A stretch of DNA of 64,000 bases from Oligoflexales bacterium (GTDB taxonomy: Bacteria; Bdellovibrionota_B; Oligoflexia; Oligoflexales; JAPPIL01). Numbering within the stretch: the first letter of the stretch is position 1; the number at the start of each line of letters is the position of its first letter. Position numbers and translations under genes: made by a program. Below the pieces are notes generated by a model. It did not search any database and was not told where the DNA came from. It saw nothing but the letters and a program-made list of their open reading frames with translations. The stretch covers positions 2,048,001 through 2,112,000 of the forward strand of contig OZ244057.1 in assembly GCA_965215515.1 (NCBI GenBank), written 5' to 3'. Positions 19,268 through 29,944 of this stretch are shown here, in pieces.

Positions 19268-20956
19268 CTACAACCCTGTCGCAAGACCGTAGGCGCGTGG
19301 GTCAGAAACAGCACGCAATTCCCGCTTACGGCGTTCCACAGCCTGCACGTAACAACGGATTGCTTTCTTCTCCGTTTGCCAACCCATCGCGCTGAGTTTC
19401 TCGTGGGTTGTAGCACTAAATGATGGTTCTTGCTCCAACAGTAAAATATCAGGATGCCACTGATGGTGAAAGCGTGGTGCAGCAACCGCTTCATAGAGTG
19501 ACATGCCGTAATCGAGATAGTTCAGCAGTGTTTGCAGCACACAGGTAATGATACGTGTTCCACCTGGTGCACCGAGTGCCAGCAGAGCCTGACCGTTACG
19601 CATCACAATCGTCGGTGACATAGAACTCAGTGGGCGTTTATGCGGGGCAATGCTGTTTTGCTTCCCGCCCAGAGCACCGAACATGTTGGCGGTATCGGCC
19701 TTGATGGCAAAATCATCCATTTCATTGTTCAACACGATGCCCGTTTCACCCGCCACTAACCCTGCCCCGAACCAACCATTAATCGTCTGTGTAGACGTAA
19801 CCACATTGCCTTCAGTATCAATCACACTGAAATGCGTCGTCGAGTCAGAGGATAACTCGGTGCGCGACTGCGTTGCCTCTGAAGAACGTGCGCGTTGTCG
19901 ATCGATCTTGCTAGCAACCTCACGTGCATAGCCTGGCGAAGTCAAGCGGGTAACGGGAACTTTGACAAAATCACTGTCGCCCAGATGTAGTGCCCGATCG
20001 GCATAAGCACGCTGCATCGCTTGCGCCAGCACATTGATGCGTGTCGCGTGGTCAAAGCTTGCACGTTTAAAAGAAAACTGTGCCATAATGTTGAGCATCT
20101 GCAAAATATGCACACCCCCAGAGCTGGGCGGTGGCATAGAAAAAATCTGATAGCCACGAAATGAGCCATGTAGCGGATCTCGCCAAACAATGTGGTAAGC
20201 TTCGAGATCACGCGTGCTGATGTTGCCACGCGTGGCAGTTGCAATGCTGCTGGCCACCTTACCACGATAAAAAGCGTCTTTTCCCTGTGCCGCGATCGCA
20301 CGCAGAGTCGCAGCTAACTGTGGTTGCCGCAGTACCTCACCGATACGATAGGGATTGCCATCTGCTTTCAGAAAAATGCGCGCGGCATTGCTGTCACTAG
20401 CTAGCAATTTTTGTTTTTTCTGCAAAGCTGCAGCAAGATGATTGTAGACAACGAATCCCCTCTCAGCTAGACGTGCCGCGGGCTCGATAACCTTAGCCCG
20501 TGCCAAGCGGCCGAAACGTTTCTGCGCGGCGAGTACACCAGCAACAAAACCTGGCACCGCTACCGCGGCAGCCCCTTGCCGTGACTTTTGTGAGATAACA
20601 GCACGCTCGCTATCCAGAAACATATCGCGCGTGGCATGCTGCGGTGCTTTTTCACGAAAGTCAAGGGCATAGACCTTGCTCTGCTTTGCCATATAGATAA
20701 GCATGAAGCCACCACCACCGAGACCAGTCGATTGCGGGCGCTCCACCGCCAACACAAATGACAACGCTGCCGCTACATCAACAGCATTGCCACCCGCGGC
20801 GTAGATGTCGCGACCGATACGGCTGCTGTGCTTACCCTGACTGGCAATAGCTAGTTTGCGTCCAGCAAACTCGTGCCCAACTCCGTACCTAACCAGCGAC
20901 AACGAGCAGGAGACAAGCACCCCCGCGCCTAACGTCAGAGATAAAATAACTTTCAA
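19268..20956 (-). CDS. ggt: Gamma-glutamyltransferase
   Basis: GGNAVD, GLGGGGF, DFREKAP, PPPSSGG, TTHFS autoproteolysis site, NNEMDDF, KRPLSSMSP. Confidence 0.96.
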   Translation of the reverse strand: MKVILSLTLGAGVLVSCSLSLVRYGVGHEFAGRKLAIASQGKHSSRIGRDIYAAGGNAVDVAAALSFVLAVERPQSTGLGGGGFMLIYMAKQSKVYALDFREKAPQHATRDMFLDSERAVISQKSRQGAAAVAVPGFVAGVLAAQKRFGRLARAKVIEPAARLAERGFVVYNHLAAALQKKQKLLASDSNAARIFLKADGNPYRIGEVLRQPQLAATLRAIAAQGKDAFYRGKVASSIATATRGNISTRDLEAYHIVWRDPLHGSFRGYQIFSMPPPSSGGVHILQMLNIMAQFSFKRASFDHATRINVLAQAMQRAYADRALHLGDSDFVKVPVTRLTSPGYAREVASKIDRQRARSSEATQSRTELSSDSTTHFSVIDTEGNVVTSTQTINGWFGAGLVAGETGIVLNNEMDDFAIKADTANMFGALGGKQNSIAPHKRPLSSMSPTIVMRNGQALLALGAPGGTRIITCVLQTLLNYLDYGMSLYEAVAAPRFHHQWHPDILLLEQEPSFSATTHEKLSAMGWQTEKKAIRCYVQAVERRKRELRAVSDPRAYGLATGL

Positions 20957-21038
20957 AACAAATACCTCAGTAAATAGTTACTCCATAAAACTGTGTACGG
21001 GATTACGTCCCCGTAGGTGGCTGACCTGCTCACAGCAA

Positions 21039-21971
21039 CTAAAAACGCTGGATACTGCGCAAGGCCGCATCGATCTCAGTAAACTTGAATTTATAGCCCG
21101 CCGCCAACATACGCCGAGGCACAACCCGCTGGCTGGTAGTGACCACCGTTGCCTTCTCGCCCAGCAACAGACGTACCCCCCACCCTGGGATGCGCACAGG
21201 ACTAGCCAACACAGGGCGGAAGCGACGCAGCAAGGCACGATGCAGTGTGTCATAAGTAATCGCCCGCGGCACAGTTAGATTGTAAACCCCACGACAAGAA
21301 CTGTGCCGTATGGCATGACGCACAAAACCACAGATATCATCACTATGTACCCAAGAGACATACTGCTTGCCACTGCCTAACGACGCACCGAGAGCAAAAC
21401 GGTAAATCCTGCGCAACACCCGCAACGCCCCTCCCCCCTCACCCAACACCATACCGAAACGCATGATTACCCAGCGATTGGCCAGCGACGCACCAGTAAG
21501 ACTTGCCTCCCATCGCTGAGCAGTACTAGCGAGAAAACCCGTACCCGCAGCGCTGTCCTCAACCAGTTCAGCATCACCACGCTCGCCATAATAACCAATC
21601 GCACCCGCTTGTAACACCACAGGACGATGTGACAACTCCCGCAACGCCGCCACCATCGCACATGTCGTCCGCACGCGGGACGCGACAATCTCCGCCTTGC
21701 GAGCCCGACTCCAACGCCCCTCGGCCACCGACGCACCCGCCAAATTAATCACCACATCAACCTCAGCCAACGCCGCCGCAGGAATCGTGCCGTCTCGCCG
21801 CCAACAGTAGACCCGCGCACGGTAAGGCAAATCAAGTTGCGTGGCGCGGCTCACCACCCGTAAGGCACAGCCCTCACTCTCCAGAAAAACACCGAGCTGC
21901 CGTCCCACAAAACCACTACCACCGATTAACAACACCTTCAGCGCAGTCCGCTGTTTTTTTAGAAATACCAT
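21039..21971 (-). CDS. TIGR01777-family NAD-dependent epimerase
   Basis: GGSGFVG, VINLAGAS...RWS, AIGYYG, GSGKQYVSWVH, SQRVVP; start approximate. Confidence 0.85.
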   Translation of the reverse strand: MVFLKKQRTALKVLLIGGSGFVGRQLGVFLESEGCALRVVSRATQLDLPYRARVYCWRRDGTIPAAALAEVDVVINLAGASVAEGRWSRARKAEIVASRVRTTCAMVAALRELSHRPVVLQAGAIGYYGERGDAELVEDSAAGTGFLASTAQRWEASLTGASLANRWVIMRFGMVLGEGGGALRVLRRIYRFALGASLGSGKQYVSWVHSDDICGFVRHAIRHSSCRGVYNLTVPRAITYDTLHRALLRRFRPVLASPVRIPGWGVRLLLGEKATVVTTSQRVVPRRMLAAGYKFKFTEIDAALRSIQRF

Positions 21972-22069
21972 GACTCTCCGCACCGATACCTGCCATAGCA
22001 CGTACCCAACAGGCATCGCTAGGGAGCGTGGGAGGAAACACCACACGTGCATTGGGAACGCTGATCTGC

Positions 22070-22813
22070 TCACACCCCTGTAGCCTGATCCCACACTTGA
22101 ATGTGAAGGCGGGTGCTATAATTGTAGCGATATTCTCGACACAATGCAAAGACGCGACGCTCGTTGGCTTGCAGAACAGACAACGTTGCCGCAGCAGGCA
22201 TCAACCATACCCGCGTAGGGGCAATACCGTAAGGATCGATGTACTCTTCTCTGATCTGCTCTACGTCGGCACGACTACTAACGACAAATTTAAACACCGC
22301 CTTGCCGTTGCCCACCAACGCACGCATAGCCGCGGCGTTGTGCCTGTGGGAACGCAAGTTGCCGCTGTTCGCTCCCTTAGGGCTGCAGTTGTACTGTACG
22401 ACATACCTGTCAAGTGCCGCGATAGGCACACGGGTGGCATTAGTTTCAATCTCAACGGCAGGACACGGATGACAAGTGACCAGATAGCGCAAAAACGATT
22501 CCAAGGCACGCTGTTGCAACAGTGGCTCACCACCCGTAACGATAAGACGCGCCCCGCGGGCAAGATGTTGCAGCCAACCCTGCATGCGCCAGTGAGCAAC
22601 AATCTGCGCACCAGTGAATGCCTGTCCCGTACGCCATACCGCCAAAGTATCACAGCTCCAACTTGCTTCGCCGCTCCCACAGAGTAAGTTGCAGTGCTGA
22701 AGACGCAAAAAAACCGCAGGACAACCAGTGCTGCGCCCCTCGCCCTGCAGAGAATAAAACATCTCGGCAACCCGCAGCTTATCAGTACCAGACGATGTGA
22801 CTGCGGTAGGCAA
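22070..22813 (-). CDS. queE: 7-carboxy-7-deazaguanine synthase (radical SAM)
   Basis: EMFYSLQGEG, FLRL.CNL.C...CDT, VTGGEPLLQ, EIETN, CSPK, STRLHIQVW. Confidence 0.85.
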   Translation of the reverse strand: MPTAVTSSGTDKLRVAEMFYSLQGEGRSTGCPAVFLRLQHCNLLCGSGEASWSCDTLAVWRTGQAFTGAQIVAHWRMQGWLQHLARGARLIVTGGEPLLQQRALESFLRYLVTCHPCPAVEIETNATRVPIAALDRYVVQYNCSPKGANSGNLRSHRHNAAAMRALVGNGKAVFKFVVSSRADVEQIREEYIDPYGIAPTRVWLMPAAATLSVLQANERRVFALCREYRYNYSTRLHIQVWDQATGV

Positions 22814-22836
22814 AAATACAACCCGCGTCCCCCTGC

Positions 22837-23508
22837 CTAGTATTTTGGCAAAGGCTCGATAGCAGTGATGTCCGCACGCGGCACGAGAAGCATCCGACGC
22901 TGGTCAAGAGGCACAACACCGCCCGCATCGCCCTTCCGCTCCTCGGCAATGACATAATAATAGCCACTATCAAAAACCTTGAGTACCTCGCCATACAAAA
23001 TGCTGCCGTCTCTAGAATCAACGAAAATAACCTTCGCATACTCATGATCGTGCCGCTCGATAGCTTTACCCATTATGTTTTTAATGGGAACAAGCTTGTT
23101 CTTATCCTCATAAGAGGAATAAATTAACATCTCACCGTATGGATAGACCCAATCTTGCACTTCACCTTCATAATGATTTTCACCGACCGTGTAATGAAAA
23201 ATACGACCGATGATGTCATCATCAAATCTAATGATAGTGTCAAGCATAATGCTGGGCTGAGATGCCTCCCTGTTACCGATAAAATCACGAACCATCTCGC
23301 CACAGAGCAATGTCATACATCCCATCATGCTGACGAAGACCATGCCCGCACCCCATTTTTGCAATATGTCGGGTGCGCCTACCCCACGCAACTCAACAAA
23401 ATTCCTCACCCTTTGCCCCCACCTCGATAGGGAGCGAGCCGCATTCAGGTCAGGAACAGAAAAAGAAAAAAACAACCCCACAACTACAGCGCACAACACA
23501 CCACGCAT
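22837..23508 (-). CDS. Hypothetical exported/membrane protein with two hydrophobic leader segments
   Basis: SD GGGGAGG; signal peptide, second Cys-containing hydrophobic stretch, beta-rich C-terminus. Confidence 0.6.
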   Translation of the reverse strand: MRGVLCAVVVGLFFSFSVPDLNAARSLSRWGQRVRNFVELRGVGAPDILQKWGAGMVFVSMMGCMTLLCGEMVRDFIGNREASQPSIMLDTIIRFDDDIIGRIFHYTVGENHYEGEVQDWVYPYGEMLIYSSYEDKNKLVPIKNIMGKAIERHDHEYAKVIFVDSRDGSILYGEVLKVFDSGYYYVIAEERKGDAGGVVPLDQRRMLLVPRADITAIEPLPKY

Positions 23509-23676
23509 ACACACAGCCCCCTCCCCAGAAAACTCGGATGCAGATAACATTGCGAGACCCCTACCGCAAAATCAATAGGCGTGTCAAGACAATCTTGCGC
23601 TTACGAAGATGCTTTGGGGTTACCAAAAAATTTAAGCTGTGCGATAATGAGCAGGTGATCGCGAGAGGAGCACGAT

Positions 23677-25161
23677 GTGGACATGATGACGGCGCTGTTG
23701 CTGATAGTCATCGCCATGTTGCTGGTGCTGATAGTCGCACTGGCGCTGTGGCGCAAGTCTGACAGTCCCGCACACTTGGCGAAGCTGACCGCGATCAACG
23801 CCACGTTACAGAGCAACCTTGACCATAACCAACACAATCTGGAACGACTGCAAGATCAACTTGCACCGCTGGATGAAATGCGCAGTGAATGCGCAGGCCT
23901 AAAGGAGAGCCTCGCCGCAGCTCGTGATCTGAACAGACGTATCGAACAAGAGAAAACAACCTGGAAGAGCCGCAGCGAACTGCTACAACAACAGACACAA
24001 GAGTTAACCGCGCGCAGGAGCGAATTACAAACCAAACTTGACAACGTACAACAGCAACTGAGTGAGCGCGATACGCTGGAAAAACGTTTCAAGGATGCTT
24101 TTCGTGCTCTGTCCGCCGACATTCTGAAGACACAAGGAGACAATTTTCAAAGCAATGCTGACAAACTATTCAAAACAGGGCAAGAGGAAATCGACAAGAT
24201 CATACGTCCACTGAGGAGTAAGATCGAGCACCTCGATCGCGATAACGTCGCCAACGCCTCGCTGTTCAAAGCACAGATGGAAAAAATGATCGAGGAGAGC
24301 CGCCTACTCGGGAAGGAAGCACAAGCATTGCAGAACGCCTTGCGTAAACCCAGCGTGCGAGGACGTTGGGGTGAAATTCAACTGGAGCGAGTACTGGAGC
24401 TATCGGGGTTGCACAAAGATATCGACTACAGCGTGCAGGATAGCTTCGATAACGATGAAGGGCAACGTCTGCGTACCGACGTAATCGTCAATATGCCCGA
24501 AAACCGCCGTGTCATCCTCGACTCCAAAGTATCGCTCGCCGCTTTGATGGAGGCTTTCAATACCGATGACGAAACACAAAAAACACAAGCACTGGAACGT
24601 CACGTTGAACAAATCAAAACCCATATCAACAACTTATCGAGTAAAGAATACTGGCAATTGCTGCCTGCTACCGACATCGTGGTGATGGTGTTGCCAGAGT
24701 TCGCATTTTTGCCCGCCCTGGAACAGGAAACCGACTTGATCGAATGGGCGCTAGATAAGAAGGTAATTATCGTCACTCCCCCGACTTTGCTAGCTCTACT
24801 AAAAGCAATCGCCCTGACCTGGAAACAGGTGCGTGTCGTCGAGAAAGCTCGTGAAATTAGCGAGCTGGGCAAAGAACTACACGATCGCCTCGCAGTCTTC
24901 GCCAAGCACTACGTGTCAATAGGCAAGTCACTGCAACAGTCTGTCGAACACTACAACAAGGCCAACAATTCCTGGGACAGCCGCCTTATGCCTAAGGTAC
25001 TGGCTTTCAAAGAACTGGAAGTGCCCGTGACCAAAGACCTGCCAACTACAAACGCTATCGAAAGCGTACCCGCCACAATCAGCAAAGTACCAGAAACAGA
25101 CGAGAGTTCCACCGCCACAATCAGCACACCACCAGAGCTCGAGGAAGAGGAAGCTAGCTAG
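23677..25161 (+). CDS. rmuC: DNA recombination protein RmuC
   Basis: N-terminal TM, coiled coil, RGRWGEIQLERVLELSGL, R.D.IV..P, ILDSKVSL, IVTPPTLLALL. Confidence 0.92.
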   Translation: MDMMTALLLIVIAMLLVLIVALALWRKSDSPAHLAKLTAINATLQSNLDHNQHNLERLQDQLAPLDEMRSECAGLKESLAAARDLNRRIEQEKTTWKSRSELLQQQTQELTARRSELQTKLDNVQQQLSERDTLEKRFKDAFRALSADILKTQGDNFQSNADKLFKTGQEEIDKIIRPLRSKIEHLDRDNVANASLFKAQMEKMIEESRLLGKEAQALQNALRKPSVRGRWGEIQLERVLELSGLHKDIDYSVQDSFDNDEGQRLRTDVIVNMPENRRVILDSKVSLAALMEAFNTDDETQKTQALERHVEQIKTHINNLSSKEYWQLLPATDIVVMVLPEFAFLPALEQETDLIEWALDKKVIIVTPPTLLALLKAIALTWKQVRVVEKAREISELGKELHDRLAVFAKHYVSIGKSLQQSVEHYNKANNSWDSRLMPKVLAFKELEVPVTKDLPTTNAIESVPATISKVPETDESSTATISTPPELEEEEAS

Positions 25162-25294
25162 TCAGTAACACTCGCAGTACGCCCTTTTCCAACGAAGACC
25201 ACCCGTACACACAGCTGTCTTGACAGCTGTACACCCGCTGGGCTAGACTCCAGCCCGCTCAGCATGTAATCGTTATGGAAAGATAACTTGCGGC

Positions 25295-27466
25295 ATGGGA
25301 ACGGTTAACTACTCCTCTGGTCGCCGCACAAGCACGGCACGGCTCGCTGATACATGCGCTACGTGGATTATCAAAGGTGGCGGCGCACTGGTGATCGCCG
25401 CTACAGCCGCTATCCTCGTGCTGATAACCACAGTGGCCTTGCCGCTGTTCTACAGTGCAGGTGTACAACAGTTAGCCACACAACACCTACCCACCGCATC
25501 CACCATACTGGCTGCAGGCAGTGACGAACATCTGCGCACACTCTACAGTCTCGACGCGCACGGTCGTGTCACAGTACACAACCTCACAGGACGCAGCACA
25601 CAAAGCACATATCGCCTGCGCCCCACCCGCGATGCCCACATCGTTGCAGTTGCCAGCGAACGCAGCGCACAATACACACTCGTGTGGAACGATGGCGTGG
25701 TCAGTGCTATCGATGTCAACGCCACGCCCGTATTGCTCTATCAACGCCAACTGCTGCGCCCGCCACGCCTCGCCGCTCTGCGTAAAAAAAATATTCTTTT
25801 CGCGGTCGATGGCGATCTGCTTACCGTAACTTCACCAGCTGTTGCCGTGAGCACACCCGACGAAGAAACAAACGACTTCTTCAATGACAGTGCCGACGAA
25901 CGACCACAACAATTCAACCTGTCTTTCCGCCTCGCTGCGGTGACCGCCCTCGATGTCAGTGCCGACGGGACAAAGATTGCGACAGGAAATGCCGAGGGTG
26001 AGGTCACGTTCATCAAATTGGACACAGAAGGTGGCAGCACAACGAGCACCGCTGAAGTTAGCCATACTGCGGTGACCGCCATCAAATTCATCTACGGCGA
26101 CAACTCTTTCGTCGTCGGTGACGCAGAAGGACAGCTAGCCGCGTGGCAAACCACACAAGACAACAAGCTGGTGCGATTCAAAACCTTCGCTTCATTACCC
26201 GCTGCGGTGCAGATGTTTAGCAAAGCAGCACGTAGCAAATTTTTCGCCGCCCTCGATATCCACGGTGGCATGGCGCTGTACCACTTGACCAGCGCTGCAA
26301 CCGTGCACCACATCCCCCCCCACAACGGATTGCGACACACACTCACCTTAGCGCCACGTGACGATGCCCTGATAACCGTCAATGTCTCCAACACCGCAAC
26401 GCTATGGCAAGTTGACGCACCCCACGCCGCCATCAACCTCACCACCCTCATGCGACGCGTCTGGTATGAGGGCTACCCTCAACCCGCTTACGTGTGGCAA
26501 TCTTCCAGCGGTACAGATGATTTTGAACCCAAACTAAGCCTTGTACCGCTCATTTTTGGCACGTTCAAAGGCACGCTGTACGCTTTGTTGCTCGTCTTAC
26601 CCCTGTCCATTGCGGCGGCGGTCTACGTCAACCAATGCGCATCGAACACGTTTAAGGCTTTCATTAAACCTGCCATCGAAGTGCTAGCTTCATTGCCTTC
26701 AGTCGTTATCGGCTTTCTCGCGGCGTTGTGGCTTGCACCCTTTTTGCAAAATTTTATCGTTACCTTTTTGTTGAGCATCATAACCTTGCCGCTAGTTTTC
26801 TTGTTTTTTTTACTATCGTGGGGACGATTGCGTAATTTCACTTTGATCGAACGTTTCGAACGTCAACGTGAATTTTTAATTCTTGTGCCAGTCATAGCAG
26901 TAGCGGCAATGTCTGCCTATTACCTGACTTTGCCTGTAGAAAATTACTTTTTCCACGGAGATTTCAGCACCTGGCTTTACGATGTCATAGGCATGCAATA
27001 CGATCAACGTAATAGTATCGTTATAGCTTTTGGTTTGGGTTTTGCCGTAATACCGATAATTTTTTCAATTTCGGAAGACAGCCTTAACAGCATTCCGAAA
27101 TCTCTGCCACTGTCGTCGTTGGCGCTCGGTGCGAGTCGCTGGCAGACGATCTGGCGGGTGGTACTGCCCTCGGCCAGCCCTGGTATTGCAGCCGCGGCAA
27201 TCATCGGATTCGGACGAGCAGTGGGTGAGACGATGATCGTCCTGATGGCAACGGGCAACACACCTATAATCGACCTCAGCCCCTTCAACGGCATGCGTAC
27301 CTTGGCAGCCAACATCGCCGTAGAAGTGCCTGAAGCACCAGTCAACAGCACGCTGTATCGTACTTTGTTTTTGTGCGCGGTAGTGCTATTTGCCTTGACG
27401 TTTATATTCAACACAGTGGCAGAATTGGTGCGCACAGGTTTGAGAAAACGCTATGGCAATTTATAA
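25295..27466 (+). CDS. pstC: Phosphate ABC transporter permease PstC (long form with beta-propeller-like insertion)
   Basis: VWYEGYPQPAYVWQSSSGTDDFEPKLSLVPLIFGT, GRAVGETMIVLMATGN. Confidence 0.9.
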   Translation: MGTVNYSSGRRTSTARLADTCATWIIKGGGALVIAATAAILVLITTVALPLFYSAGVQQLATQHLPTASTILAAGSDEHLRTLYSLDAHGRVTVHNLTGRSTQSTYRLRPTRDAHIVAVASERSAQYTLVWNDGVVSAIDVNATPVLLYQRQLLRPPRLAALRKKNILFAVDGDLLTVTSPAVAVSTPDEETNDFFNDSADERPQQFNLSFRLAAVTALDVSADGTKIATGNAEGEVTFIKLDTEGGSTTSTAEVSHTAVTAIKFIYGDNSFVVGDAEGQLAAWQTTQDNKLVRFKTFASLPAAVQMFSKAARSKFFAALDIHGGMALYHLTSAATVHHIPPHNGLRHTLTLAPRDDALITVNVSNTATLWQVDAPHAAINLTTLMRRVWYEGYPQPAYVWQSSSGTDDFEPKLSLVPLIFGTFKGTLYALLLVLPLSIAAAVYVNQCASNTFKAFIKPAIEVLASLPSVVIGFLAALWLAPFLQNFIVTFLLSIITLPLVFLFFLLSWGRLRNFTLIERFERQREFLILVPVIAVAAMSAYYLTLPVENYFFHGDFSTWLYDVIGMQYDQRNSIVIAFGLGFAVIPIIFSISEDSLNSIPKSLPLSSLALGASRWQTIWRVVLPSASPGIAAAAIIGFGRAVGETMIVLMATGNTPIIDLSPFNGMRTLAANIAVEVPEAPVNSTLYRTLFLCAVVLFALTFIFNTVAELVRTGLRKRYGNL

Positions 27467-29000
27467 AAAGAATTTCTGGCGCGCAGGTGAACCGTGGGTA
27501 TGGGTAACCGCAGCGGGTATGACGCTGATAATGCTAATGACGGTAGGGTTTTTTGGCATCATCGTTGTCAACGGTTTGCGTGCGCTGTGGCCAGGCGATA
27601 TTGCGCAAATCTCAACTACAGATGGCAAAATTATCGCTGGTGAAATTACCCAACAAGAATGGCATAACGACACGCGGCAACGTCTGCAACTCAAGACCGC
27701 TAATCGTGATATCAACGGCCACGATTTCAAATGGCTCAACGCCGATAGCGTGCATGAAATTTCTTCCCCACCCGAAATATATGTTATCGAACGCGCTGCC
27801 TATGGTGACTTTATAGGCTATCTCGCGCAAGAGAACCCCCCGCACATCAAGCAACATTTCGTTAGCAAAACACTACGCCTTCAGATAGAAGCACTGGTTG
27901 CACACATAGACGCACTGTACAAGTCGGTAGGTGAATACAACGATCGCTTGCGTGCCGCAGAAAAAAACACCCCTGTCCAACCAGTAAACATACAGCACTA
28001 TCGGGATTTGATCGAGACACACAACAAACAAATAGCAGAAGCAGAGCAAGAACTCGATATGCTACAAGCCTTGTTCATTACTGCAGACGGCAAAGAAAAA
28101 AATATTCGTCTCGCAGAGATAATTCGCTTCTACCAACCCAATAGCATGAGTATGCTTGCAAAAATTTTGCACTATGCGGAAAAAATTGGCGAGCTGCTAT
28201 TCGCCGCCCCGCGTGAAGCAAACATGGAGGGAGGAGTGTTTCCCGCAGCATTTGGCACAGTATTACTGGTGTTTATGATGAGCATCACATCTTTTCCCCT
28301 AGGGGTGTTAGCGGGCATTTATCTCGGTGTCTACGCAGGCCGTGGTGTTTTTCTGCAATTAGTGCGAGTAGCAGTGCACAACTTAGCGGGTATCCCGTCG
28401 ATCGTCTTCGGTATTTTTGGTCTCGGTTTTTTCATCTACGGTCTCGGCAGCCGCGTAGATGAACTATTTTTTTCCCCAACGTTGCCAGAACCGACGTTTG
28501 GCACGGGCGGTTTGCTGTGGGCAAGCCTCAGTTTAGGTTTGTTGACTATGCCGGTGGTAATCGTGGCGGTGGAAGAAGCCTTGCGCACTATTCCCCGTGC
28601 ATTTCGTGACTCATCGCTGGCACTGGGAGCAACACGTTTGCAGACCCTGTGGCGAGTGTTGTTGCCAGCCGCGTCGCCTGGAATTCTGACGGGGTTTATC
28701 TTGGCAATGGCACGAGCGGCAGGCGAAGTTGCACCGTTGATGATTACAGGCGTGGTGAAACTTGCACCGAGCTTGCCGCTCGATAGCACGTTTCCCTTTC
28801 TGCACCTCGACCGCAAGTTTATGCATCTTGGTTTTCACATTTACGATATAGCCTGTCAATCTCCTAACGTTGAAGCAGCAAAACCATTGGTGTATGCTTC
28901 AACCCTATTGTTGGTGGTAATTGTGCTGTTGATGACAGGCAGCTCGGTGTGGATGCGCAGTCACCTACGCAAGAAATACAGCGTCAGTAGCGGATTTTAG
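27453..29000 (+). CDS. pstA: Phosphate ABC transporter permease PstA
   Basis: [36 protein letters not shown]. Confidence 0.92.
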   Translation: MAIYKKNFWRAGEPWVWVTAAGMTLIMLMTVGFFGIIVVNGLRALWPGDIAQISTTDGKIIAGEITQQEWHNDTRQRLQLKTANRDINGHDFKWLNADSVHEISSPPEIYVIERAAYGDFIGYLAQENPPHIKQHFVSKTLRLQIEALVAHIDALYKSVGEYNDRLRAAEKNTPVQPVNIQHYRDLIETHNKQIAEAEQELDMLQALFITADGKEKNIRLAEIIRFYQPNSMSMLAKILHYAEKIGELLFAAPREANMEGGVFPAAFGTVLLVFMMSITSFPLGVLAGIYLGVYAGRGVFLQLVRVAVHNLAGIPSIVFGIFGLGFFIYGLGSRVDELFFSPTLPEPTFGTGGLLWASLSLGLLTMPVVIVAVEEALRTIPRAFRDSSLALGATRLQTLWRVLLPAASPGILTGFILAMARAAGEVAPLMITGVVKLAPSLPLDSTFPFLHLDRKFMHLGFHIYDIACQSPNVEAAKPLVYASTLLLVVIVLLMTGSSVWMRSHLRKKYSVSSGF

Positions 29001-29001
29001 T

Positions 29002-29787
29002 ATGACAAGCGACACCTACGTGATGCAGCTCGATGATTGGATTTTGCAGGTCGAGGATTTGAATTTTTTCTATCGCCAGCACCAAGCACTTTTCGATATT
29101 TCTTTCACCATCCCGCGGCATCAAGTAACCTCTCTGATCGGGCCGTCGGGCTGTGGCAAGTCCACGTTTTTACGTTGCCTCAACCGCATGAACGATAACG
29201 TGCTAGAGGCACGAGTGGTAGGTAGTATCAAGTTTAACGATTTGGAAATTAATCAAGCGACACTCGATGTTACCTCCCTACGACGACGAATAGGTATGGT
29301 ATTTCAAAAACCTACCCCGTTTCCTAAATCTATTTACGAAAATGTTGCCTACGGTTTACGCATTCTCGGTGTGCGACGACGCAGTGACATTGACACAGCA
29401 GTAGAGACATCGTTGCGCCAAGCAGCGTTATGGGATGAGGTCAAGGACAAACTACAACAGTCTGCCCTTGCACTGTCAGGCGGACAACATCAACGCCTTT
29501 GTATCGCACGGGCGATTGCAGTAGAGCCCGAAATTATTCTGATGGACGAGCCCTGCTCGGCACTTGACCCACGCGCGACCAAAAAAATCGAAGCGCTAAT
29601 CGCGACACTGCGCACGCAGTACACGATTATCATCGTCACCCACAACATGCAGCAAGCGGCACGTGTCTCCGATGGCGCGGCATTCTTCTATGAAGGCAAG
29701 CTGATCGAATACAACAAGACCGACATCATGTTCACCGCCCCTCGCATTCGTGCCACCGAAGACTACATCACAGGACGGTTTGGCTGA
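29002..29787 (+). CDS. pstB: Phosphate ABC transporter ATPase PstB
   Basis: [38 protein letters not shown]. Confidence 0.97.
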   Translation: MTSDTYVMQLDDWILQVEDLNFFYRQHQALFDISFTIPRHQVTSLIGPSGCGKSTFLRCLNRMNDNVLEARVVGSIKFNDLEINQATLDVTSLRRRIGMVFQKPTPFPKSIYENVAYGLRILGVRRRSDIDTAVETSLRQAALWDEVKDKLQQSALALSGGQHQRLCIARAIAVEPEIILMDEPCSALDPRATKKIEALIATLRTQYTIIIVTHNMQQAARVSDGAAFFYEGKLIEYNKTDIMFTAPRIRATEDYITGRFG

Positions 29788-29944
29788 TAACCTGTAGCCT
29801 GCTCGCCTATGCTTATCTCTTTCCTGTCAGCGTAAAAACTTGACAGCGCTGCGCAATTGTGATTATGAGGCGTACTTTACCGTTGCCGCACGCGCTGTTG
29901 TTCGCGTGGGTGGTTTTGTTCAATCAGAATGGGGAGGGTGTGTC

